A stretch of DNA of 60,000 bases from Lytechinus pictus (taxonomy: Eukaryota). Both the position numbers and the translations under genes were made by a program. The notes beneath the pieces were generated by a model. That model was not told the DNA's origin and searched no databases. It worked only from the letters and a program-made list of their open reading frames with translations. The stretch spans positions 8,372,001-8,432,000 of the forward strand of contig NC_087245.1 of assembly GCF_037042905.1 (NCBI RefSeq). Direction: 5' to 3'. Positions 11,760 through 23,700 of this stretch are shown piece by piece; the first letter of the stretch is position 1, and the number at the start of each line of letters is the position of its first letter.

Positions 11760-14700
11760 GTCCTCTACTTATGATAAAGATGTTGGTGATTATTAAACAG
11801 ATATAATTATGACAATCTTAATGAAAATCATAAAAATAATGATAATTTCCACGATAATAACAATAATATAATTCGGTAATAGCAACAAGAACAATAAAAA
11901 CTGCAATGATAATAATAACAATAATAATAATAGCAATAATAATAATGACAATAATGATCATAATGATGACAGAAGCAATAAGTATAACAGCAACAAGAAA
12001 GGCGGGTTAAATGAACACTTTAAATCACAGAGACTTCAAATAAATCAGGATCTGAATAGATTACTGTCCAGTTGAATTATCGATCTAGTTTGGATTTCAT
12101 ATGTTTCATCGTTGAGTCGCATACTAATCATATAATAATCATATTAATCATAGATCAATCTTTCCATCGGCCACTGTCCACAGCCGACACGGTCGATCTG
12201 GAATTACTTTAAATCCATTGAATTAAGAGAGAAAGAAAGTTAAAAAATTGCGTTATTGACTCACGTGGCAATTGTGTTGTTGTGACATTATCTGGTTTAT
12301 TTACTGCAAATAAGAAAAAAAAGAATTACATGTCTACTTTAACAATAAAAATCCTATATATTCAGCTATTTGTAGAACGCGGATAAGCACTCAATTCGAT
12401 TAAAATGTCAACCATACCAATATCATTTCGGTTATTTTCTTGAAACAGATATCATGACCAGTGTGCGAATGTGGAATAATCGTTTGATATTCAATCATAA
12501 ATTTACAGGCATAATGTTAAAAGCTAATTTAGTTCAAGAATTTGGCCTCTGTGAATAGCTACTTAATCATTCAGTCCAATTCTATTATTGTGTGTAGCAC
12601 TGATAAAATGAGAAAATGAAAATCAATCAATCAACTTTTTCCCCTACCTACAAACTCAAAGACGACATAGATGATTGCTCCTATGATAAGTAGTATCAAA
12701 ATGGCAATAACCACAGCAAATATCCTACAGCAGTGGGATTCATTTTTCTTGTTATTAGTTCTCTCCTGTTCTGTTTGTCCCTTGTACTTGTACGATTCTT
12801 GCCGATTGAATCCATACTCGTACTCATGCACTTCTTGGCCAGTCTCAGTTCCTAGGCCATGTGCACCACCCGGTCCATCGTATACATATGCTTTGCCTCT
12901 TGGCATGTGTCCGTTCTTTTGGGAGGCTTTAGAGTTTGAATTTCCATTAGGTTTAAGGTCCTGGTATAAATGTGGATTGTCCAGTCCCATGTTGCCATTT
13001 GTGTCACTATTAACCTGAAGAACAGCGGGTTCGTCGTACTGAAAACCAGCATTGTCTCTTCCTCCATTTTGTGTTCCATTAATCTAAAATAACGAAATTA
13101 AGATAAAGAGATGCAAAGAAAGGCAAATGGCAATTTTAATGAATTTTTTTTTGGCCTTTTCATATTCATTTTTTACTTTGATATTAAAACCAATTATCAG
13201 TTAAGATTCAAGATTATTGTATTGGTCATATAACGTATGCATACATATAATTTTGGCTTTCACAATAAGTATAAGATCAAAAATACATTATATTATAACG
13301 ATATAGAAAACTGTACATAGATAAAAATAAATTATTAACAACTTTCTGCAATAATTTCAATACCCCTAATTTTGTTTTTGGTAATCCCTCCAAAAGTGGG
13401 CGTAATTATAAGAATTCATTTCTAGAGAATGTGTATGCCATATCACAGTCCTAGAACTTTGATCGAGTAACCGATCAAACTTTGTTTAATCTTTTTATAT
13501 AAAACCAATTCTCAAGCATGGAATAGCATTACATTTTAGGACGCAGCCTTTATCTGTAGCTTTGTGATTCAAACCACTAAATTAGAAAGATTATAATGCT
13601 GAAAGGTTCAGTTTTACAGAAAAATAAAACCATTACAGATATTGATATCCTTACATATTAAATGCATCAAAGTTTAAACAAAGAATCAATATTGACAAAC
13701 ATTCCCAAACATACCTGTGTTCGAGTCTGTTGATCGTCTATCATTACGGGCTCCATGTATTCATCGCTTTCAGGTTCGAACGCCGCATTCTGATGCCCAC
13801 CACTACTTGAGAGTCGGGCCTACATGCAATCATCATAACATGAAACAAATCAGAGTGATGTACTCATTTCATGAGTCATCAAGATCGTCAGAAAATACTT
13901 TCAGATAACAAATACAGGACAATTAATCTGCATGAGCACATGTTAAGATTTTCAAAATGTATTTCGACACAACGAGTTGTTAAACAAAACTGTAAAAATA
14001 TGAAAATCTCTAAATGTGATACACAGCATTCATAGAATAAGAGAAAAGTTCTATAGCATTAATATCGTAAATGACAATAAATATGGCTAAAAAGTTCACA
14101 ATAACATGCCGACTTAATTTGTAAACTTACTATTTCACGTTATTTCATGCTATAATTATTATCATGTATATGTGGTAGGATAGGGGCTCCACGTCCCACT
14201 TTTTATAGCAGTATTTTCACCAATGAAGTATATATGACAATTTACCTGTATCAATGTATTTTGACAAAATAAATTCAGTTCAGTTCACTTTAGCGAGATA
14301 CGATATATTTCAACTCGAGCGAGAAATGAACTTTTTATACGTCGACTTAAAACATGAAGAATGCGGCAATTTTTAAATAAAAGAAAAGTGTGGGAAAATT
14401 TTTGAACCAATAAAAAACAGTTTCCAAAATGTTGCTACCTTTGTTTCAAGTTTCATTTCCTTGTAATCGGTTCTGAATTCATTGTTTATCTTTATATCAC
14501 TATTGTACCCCACCCCACCCTCTCGAGGCCTTCGACTATTACGCCCCTTTCTTTCATTTTGTTTGTGTACGCAGATGATGTTACTTCTGATGTGCGTGTA
14601 TGGAGTTAAATTTGGCGTGTGATGGTGTGTGCGGGTGGGTGTGTGAAGATGTGCAAAGGTTTAGGTGCGTGAACGCGTGGAAATGCGATGAGAGAGTGGT

Positions 14701-17700
14701 CTTAGACGCCCAAGTCGACGCATGAAAGTCCGGGGTTCAAGTCCGGGGTTCGATTCCGGGCACGGCACTAGAGCAAGGATTTTCTTGTACTGCAATTTCA
14801 TCTTACAATAGGTACAATGTGTGCATATATGGATGTTAATAGGTTAAGAAATCAGTGATTCAGACCATGAAAACAGATATGATTATTCACAAACATACGG
14901 GTTTTTCTCTCTTTTTTATCACCATCAGCACTATAGGATCAATGCAACTCTGAATCAGTTTGCATTCCACATGTACAAGTGAAAATAATTATATATGCCA
15001 ATCAAGGTTGTCGAAAAAAAATCATCCCGATTCGAAAATGGGCATGTAGCCCTAGAACGAAAAAAAAGCAGTATCTGTTGCCTAAAAAGAGGTATACCGG
15101 GAGTCATCAACCGTATCTGCAATTTATCGGATTTTTCTTTAAGGATCTTTAAAAAAAATGACTGGGAAATTTTACCATCGACATTGTATGTTTTCCAAAT
15201 CTTTATTTAATCGGACTAGAGGCTTAAGGTTTTTGGTTTACCGTGACGGAACACTTCCGTTTCATTTATCCTCGAATTTGAAAAGAATATGCAGATTTCT
15301 GTGGGAAGTTTTTTAAATGAAATTTGTCTGAATTCTAAAATAGGAGCTGAAATGTAAACTTGTCTACATTTGAATCTTAGGCGAGAAAAATATAATGCAA
15401 ACTCTTTGGCATTTCATAAGCTGTACTTATGGTACGCATAAATTTACGAATAATTGTGAAAACATTCCAGTTTCTAGATCACCTTTAAAAAAATTGCTAC
15501 AGCTGAGCTGAGGGTGAAATTTCCCAATTGTGATAGCTATTCCTACGGTTCATAATTTTATTTCATATTCAGAATGACCTTTTAAAATTCAGTGATCATG
15601 GTCATAGGCCTGCTTGTTAAATTAAAAAAAAAACACGTTGGTCTTTCATTAGGGAATCCCCTTTTGCATTCTGTAAAGTCATGGGGAACAGGTATCTGAG
15701 TACGTATATGCCCGACGCCAATATACCTCATCAAATAATTATCATGCCTTGTGTCAAAACATTATGACGTAAATTGGTCTATCATTGAATACCACACTAA
15801 ATTCTTTCATGGCGAGTCATTCGATTATCAAGAATCGCAAGATATATTTGAACAACATTGCTTGTTTGACCATTTATAGGAGTGTTTGAATAATGCGGTA
15901 GAGTGTTACTCAAACAACTATCATTCTGATTAATGCGTAAATTTGCCTGTGACAATGGAATGTATATAAGCTTATGGGAACCACCTCTAACCACATTAAT
16001 TTAAGGTATTGGAATTATTTAGGGCTGGTAATTATGGAGACGACATTGACCCAAAAGCTTAAAGGAGAATGAAACATTTGGAACAAGATAGCTTGTGTGA
16101 AAACAGAAAAATCAAAGAAACAGATCAACTAAAATTTGAGAAAAATCGGACAAATAATGAGAAAGTTATGAGCATTTGAATATTGCGATCACTAATGCTA
16201 TAGAGATCCTCAAATTGACAATGCGACAAAGATGTGTGATGTCACTTATGAACAACTCTCCCCATTACTTTAATATATATTTCACTTAAATTGCCTCTTT
16301 TATCACATCTATCAGTAGATCATGTGTTCTTTCTAGAGGATGGCATGTAATACAGATTTTTAAAGGATACATCATGGATAAAGAGTTTGTATCACAATAA
16401 TGAAAAAAGCAAAAAAGAGACAGTTTGAGGGAATTTTATAGTCCATCAAAGGGAAAGTTGTTCACATGTGACATCACACATCCTTGTCGCATTGCCAATG
16501 GGAGGATCTCCATAGCATTAGTGATTGCAATATTCAAATGCTCATAACTTTCTCATTATTTGTCCGATTTTTCTCAAACTTTCTTTGTTCTTATTCTTTG
16601 ATTTTTCTGTTTCGACACACGCCTACTTGTTCCAAAGGTTTCATTCCCCTTTAACTAGTTTTTTTTTAATTCATTGCAGGGGTTTATTGGCAATTATCAT
16701 GATTATGGTCACGCTTCCATTGTGTATCTGGTAACCTTGATTTTAATTGTATGGTTGCTAAGCACCATGGTATCTCCCAGATTGGCCAAGTTATGATGAA
16801 ACGAGTACCAGAATTAATACATGTACTTGTTATTTCTCTTCTGTAATTCCAATATGTGATTTGGAGAGAACAATTTTGTTCCTGAATAGGCAGCGGGGTT
16901 ACATTGAACAGACCATGAAATATTCCTTAATAATATACGGTTAACTGTTAGTTGAAAAAATTGCCAGGTGCATGGGAAAAAGAGACCCATTTTGTATAGG
17001 TTTTATATTGGTTTTACGAGAAAAAATGGCAAATCGGTGACAATGAAAATTATATCGATTGAAAATAATTATACAATTTCTCTTTAGCATTTCAAGATTT
17101 TCAGGACTATGCACCAATGAACAATACCACAATAGCTCCTAAACGTGACCTAACCTTCGAGTTTTAGATTTCTTAATATGATCGTCATACAATAATATAC
17201 ATGCACTTACATGTAACACTGATAATTATGTAAAAGTTTTTTAAGGAGGATTTCTGTTTTCTGCACTAGATTTTTCTGTCTGTTCTTGAGTGTTTTACAA
17301 TCATGCAGTTTGCTCTCGGACATCGCCGTATACGCAGGAGATCCCATGGCTTTGGTGTGTTTTCAGTTTGGAGTAAATGGTGGTGATAATTTAACTTATT
17401 GCTAAGAAAGAATGAATGCTTGTAAGCAAGCAAACAGAGGACCGACGCGTCGGTCCTCTGTTTGCTTGCTTACAAGTGTTCATTTTTTTCAGAGTAATAC
17501 CTCATTGCAGCTAGTCCAAGTGGATATCAGGTTCCTTAACTAGTTTCTATGGTAACGGTTACCGCATGAATTTTGAAATGCGTAGCGAATCGGGGATTTA
17601 AATGTATCATTCTATCGACCTGTTTTGAAGGGGAAATTCACCCTGACAAATGGTTTATTGTAAAAATAGCAGAAAAAATATTTTGGTGAAGGTTTGCGGA

Positions 17701-20700
17701 AAACCCATCAAAGATTAAGAAAGTTATCAGAAGTTTGAGTTTTTGATCTCTGACGTCATATACTAGTAACTACCCTGTATTTTATGCACCAAAATGTCTA
17801 CTTTTCAATTTTTCAAATCAGTGGTTCATGGTTGCTTATAAGGTATCTTTCAGGAGCGGATGTGAAATTATTTGTATGTTAATATACTTAAGGTACAATT
17901 AAAACCATTTTTATTTTTTTTTTAAGAAAATTACATTTCATTGATATTTTTTATTACACCATACATGGGGAAAACTGCTTGCAAATGACGTCCCCATTAA
18001 CGTAACATTTTAGTAGCTTTTCAAATCTTTGATGGATTCCCTAAAACCCTCACCAATATCATTTTAATAAACTTTATGTCAGTGTGAATTTCCCCTTTAA
18101 TAAATTAAGTACAATATTTGGGATTCAAAGTGTTCTTCAAATTTGAATATTAGATATGCGATTTTACATGAGAAGGTCGTGCATGTGTAAGTCCAGGAAA
18201 AAATAAGAAATACCAACTCAAGTGTTATTATTTTTACCTCAGTCACTTTTACCTCTGCCAGTATTACCTCTGCCATTATTACCCTTGCTATTTATTCCTC
18301 TGCCATTTTTACCTTTGCCATTTTTACCTCTGCCATTTTTACCTTTGCCATTTTTACCCCTGCCATTTTTACCTTTGCCATATTTACCTCTGCCATTTTT
18401 ACCTTGGCCATATTTACCTCTGCCATTTTTACCTTTGCCATTTTTACCTCTGCCATTATTACCTCTGCCATTTTTACCTTTGCCATTTTTACCTCTGCCA
18501 TTTTACCTTTCCCATTTTTACCTCTGCCATTATTACCTCTGCCATTTTTACCTTTCCCATTTTTACCTCTGCCATTTTTACACCGAGCCGATGCACATAT
18601 GGGTAAGATTTTGTGAAAATATACATTATTGCGTAGGTGAAAATTTCAGGAGAGGCGCGCACGGCCTTTTTCTCTTAAGACTTAACACCAGAAGCCAAAT
18701 TGGGTTCGTACAATGTGCAAAAAGCTCAGGCCCAAGATTTTGCGAAAATTGAAAAAGGGGTTTTCATATTCAACGGAGAGAATGATTAATCTTTGATATT
18801 GACAAGTCATCCGTAAAAAGAGGATTAAGGTACATCACTGTGTGTCAAAATGTTGGCCCATAGATCAAAATAGTCAGATGAAGAAAAAAAAACCCAACTA
18901 AATTTACATTTCCTGTAGGATAAAAGCGGTGTTTCATGCTTTCATGCACGTCAATGACGCACCTATTATGACGAAAACCTGTAGTCCTATTATACACATT
19001 TCATGCGCATTTATATTTCTTGCGAGGGGGGTGTAGAAGACCCATCAACGCGACCTAATTCCGTAAAAGGTCCTGCCCATACTGCCTTGATAGTCTTTGG
19101 GTTTTTTTTTTTTGGGGGGGGGCATATAAATAAATTACGTACATGCTTTGTGCATCTCCTCCCCCAATAATACGGTATATAAATAATTTTACCACTGGTT
19201 TTTGGTTATTTATACCTAGTTCTCACTGTCACGATTTGAGCCAAGATTGAAACAATGGTCGTTTATCGTGGATCGCATTAGATCGTATCAGATCATATCA
19301 AATCAGTCTCGGCAATCGAATAGACCGTACAACATTTTTGAAAGGTTCAAAGAGTTTCGCGTTCAGTTACGAAAGGTAAATCTTTGATCGCACGACAGTG
19401 TGAACGAGGTATTAAAGATATGCTTAAACGAGCACTTTTAGTGTACTTTAAAGTTTCACCGACCTCTTCCATGTAACGTCTGGTCCCCGTTGAATCAAGA
19501 TTTTGGTTAGACCTATAGATCCCAATTGTGCGCTTCTGATTGTCTTAAAATCAATTTGCATTTGTCAATGGGTTTTGGAATTATGTTTTATTCCCGTTAA
19601 AATCTTTCTGCAATAGGCTCAAAGACTGCCATTCAATGCCTGCATTTACGTAGACTTTCTTTTAAACATGTACATGTACAAAGGGAGGGATAATCAATAA
19701 CGTTATATCAGTACTGACCGGGTTTTTCCCCTGATCAATAGTGGTCGATGATCTCTGACGTAACATTGGGCAATAGTGATCTGGGTATCCCCGTGTTTAA
19801 AGGGGTTGTTGGAGAAAAAAAATAGCTGCAATTAAACGCAACTTTATTGCCAACCGATGAGAAGCTCGATTTAGGGACTTTGTCCCTTTTGCCTTAGGAT
19901 CTTTTTAGCTTTCCAACAGACCCAATCATTTACTGTATATTCATTAAGAATAAAAATAGAATAGATCATAGTTTCATAAAGAAAAGTAGGGTTTAAAGTA
20001 GACACGGTATTTCCTGGAGGGACAAATAAGAATATGTTATGCCCCGACATCGATGTGAACATCAATCAAAGTAAAGGTATATAAGTTAGAAACTTTTATT
20101 TGGAAACAGAATGTGAAAAGTCTCATTTTCATTGAAAATACTATCCACACCAAGAAAATGTTGACCCGACAGCACAGCTATAGACTGTTAAAAACAAACA
20201 AACATATTTTATGAAAATATCTTTGCATTTTTGCAGTGATCTTGGTGATGTCCACAAATAACATTAAAAATTATTATGGGAGTTTTCGATGAGAGATGAA
20301 TTTTGTAAGAATGTATGGCACTGGATATAAGTTGGAAGAGGGGAATCTTAGCACTGTCTTGTTCTGTGTCCTATATTTTTTTTCTAGCTACACGCCACTG
20401 ACCAAGAATCTCTATGGTAGCAATCTCTATGACTTTAAGTGTACTAAATTTCTACGAATAAATAAAAATCGTTTAAACGCATGATGACGTCTGTGGTAAA
20501 CTATCACGATCCATGAGCTGGCATATCATTGTTTTCCAGTAAAGTTGAGCAAATATTGACTCGTATTTGAGCTTCGCAAGCAAACTTATCTTTGTAAAAA
20601 AAAAAGATATATACTTCTACATATCCTTGTAGACATTCTTTACTCCAAATGACGTCATGTGCAAATATGGAAATGTGACATCGTCCCTTCTTTCTTTCTG

Positions 20701-23700
20701 TCTGTCTGTCTGTCTGTCTTTCCTTCCCTCACTCCATTTAAGCTCTTTCCGCACATAAATACACACACAAAAACGAATAGCCAACATAATTGCGTATTCA
20801 AACCCACACCCCACGCTTGCATGCACACACACACACTTTTTTTAACAAGTGCACACCAAGTTACCAATCATTCCTATAGCATTTCCATTTATTTGAAAGC
20901 AGGATAAAAGAGCATTGCACATTAAATGCCTTGCTCATAGGCATAGGTGCCGCGGCCGGGGATCGAACCCAAGACTTTTTATGTATAGCCAGGCTCCTTA
21001 GACCACTCGGCCACGGCACCTCCTCACCTCCTCACACACACACACACTCACACACTCGCACTCATTCGCTCATGCCACCTCTATCCCACAATGTGCCATT
21101 TCCTTTAGATCTTTACCCTGCCTTAATAATTTTATATTCTATACAGTGCGTCCCACAAAAAACGAAACCGAGATTTATCGATGATTTATCATAACTTAAT
21201 CACAAATACAATAGACAAATGACCTATCATTGTAAAGCTTAGAATCTCCTCTTTCATCTAAAAAATTACTTAGATTATTTCTTATTCACGCATGAGTGAG
21301 CAAAAACAATTTGAAGAGGGGATACCAAAAAGTCATTTGGCGGGCTGTATCTGGGTTTCAAAAAGAAAACCACATTTTTAAAAAGTTCAATATCTGCTCT
21401 TTAATTTGATACCTCAATTACAGAAAATGGTCAAGAAATAACAAAGTTCTGGTTATTTGAAATAAGGCTTGAATTTCAATAATTTCATAAAATTAAGAGG
21501 TTTTTCAGGCTAGCGTTCAAACTCACTCGAACTCCGTTTTGTTGACGATCGGCCATGCATTAAGTCTTTTGTTAACCATGCGATAGCTTTTGTGGGAAAC
21601 CGGTGAAAACACGTTTATTTAATGAAATTATGGAAATACAAGCATTATTTCAAGGGAACATAACTTTTTTACTTCTTGACCATTTTTTTGTGATTAAGGT
21701 ATCAAATTAAAGAGCAGATATTGAACTTTTTAGGCATGTGATTTTCTTTTTGAAATTCAGATACCCCCCGCCAAATGAGTTTTTGGTATCCTTTCTTCAA
21801 ATTGTTTTTGCTCACTCATGCGTGAATAAGAAATAATCTAAGTAATATCAGATGAAAGAGGATATTCTAAGCTTTACATTGGTAGGTCATTTGTCTATTG
21901 TATTTGTGATTGAGTTATGATAAATCATCGCTAAATCTCGGTTTCGTTTTTTTTCTGGGACGCACTGTATAGTTATTAGCATCAATCTGAAGAGCATGAA
22001 TGCATTAAGCCCAATGTATAGGGATGAATACCACTATTAATATCCTATGTCAGAATATTGTTAGTTTCCAGATATTTTTGACAATACCTTGACTAAATAA
22101 TGTGAATAGTCTTGATTATAAGTTGGTTTTATGTACATTAACCGGGTCTGATGAAGCTTTATTGCGACATGCAGAATTATACTTCATTGTAAATTAATTT
22201 GTAAGTATTTAGATGTCATATTTGTAAAATATGATATTTTCATTGAGCAAATAAATAATAACGTTAACTAAAACATGGAAAATAATCACTTTTCACAAAT
22301 TACGCATTAATGTGCTTTTCATCCCAAGGTATTATATTGAAATATGTCTACATCATATTATTTTGAAAATGTCAATGAAAACATGTAAAAACCTGTTCTA
22401 TCTTGTTTTATCTAAAACAAATTGCCCAATGTTTTCCCATTTATCAATTGTAGTGCAAAGATGGTTTATTATTGAAGGCTGAAGGACTCTGGCCTGTCAT
22501 AAATAATCCTAATATTACGTGCTTGTTATTTTCTACATGTTTATCCAGTATGTAAGGTGTTTAAATCCGTGGTAATCTAGACTGCAATCAAGTTATTATT
22601 TACCTAGTCAAAACATTCATACATAACTTCGAATATTAGAGAAAACTGCCAGTCTTGAATTGATATTCGAGTGTTTGGCCCCCCCCCCCCCTATTTACTG
22701 TATTAAATTACGTTGTAATGATATTGTCAAACTATCGGGTCATTCCGTTTTTGTCGTATTCCCCATAATGAATTTTTTATTTTGTTTATACTTATATTAG
22801 GCAATTTTTCACATATGAATTATTAAACTAATTAAGATTGTTTGCTTATATCCATTAATTAGATATTATACTACAATCAGATGAAAATCCATAGATATGT
22901 TTTCTATAATATTTATGTATATGAGATTTCTTTTCAGATTGTATTTCATACAGGATCAAGATTTATTCCTGTTAAAATATGTTTCAATAAATTAATATAA
23001 ACCATGTATAGTATTTCCCTCATTTAACCTTGCCACTTTTGACCATGATAAAACTTTTGGGTTATACTTCAGAAATTAATACTGATTGAAATAACAGTTT
23101 GTTTGTTGCCATTGTAATTTCCATTAATGATTTTTTATGATGATGACGTATGTCATTATAAATCCCAAATGTCGATTCTGCATGAAATTATTCATATGAA
23201 TCAATCCATTTCTTATCTGTATTTTAGTGTGTTTATCAATTGTAGTGCAAATGTTGTTTATCATTAAAGGCTGAAGGCTTATGGCCTGTCGTAAATGATC
23301 CCAATATTACGTGCATGTTATCTTCTACATGTTCATCCAGTATGTAAGGTGTTTAAATCCGTGGTAATTTAGATTGCAATCAAGTTATTATTTACCTTGT
23401 CCAAACATTCATGCATAACTTGGTTAGAGCGGTAAAATATTGCGGATGATTATACAGATGCCTATCAACATAATCAACGGTTCTCTGGTCAATCTTATTG
23501 AAGATAACTCTTTTGGCGGTGTCAATACAAATGTTCACCTTGTCACCTTTATTAAACTGTCATTTCTGACACTTTTGGACAGAAATGGATTTAAAAACAA
23601 ATTGGAATGTGCACTGACTGAACAATGATGATTACAAAGGGGATATTCTAAGTTTGTTGCATAAAAGTGTCCTTATATAACAAAAAGAACATTATCAATC

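Noticed and set aside
18222..18752. 176-aa (LPFLP)n ORF and its MAKVK/AIFT alternative frames
   Set aside because: A 15-bp minisatellite that lacks stops by composition; no splice context
20922..21020. Possible tRNA gene
   Set aside because: It has A and B boxes but a poorly pairing anticodon arm, and it continues into a SINE-type tail; a second decayed copy lies at ~14700
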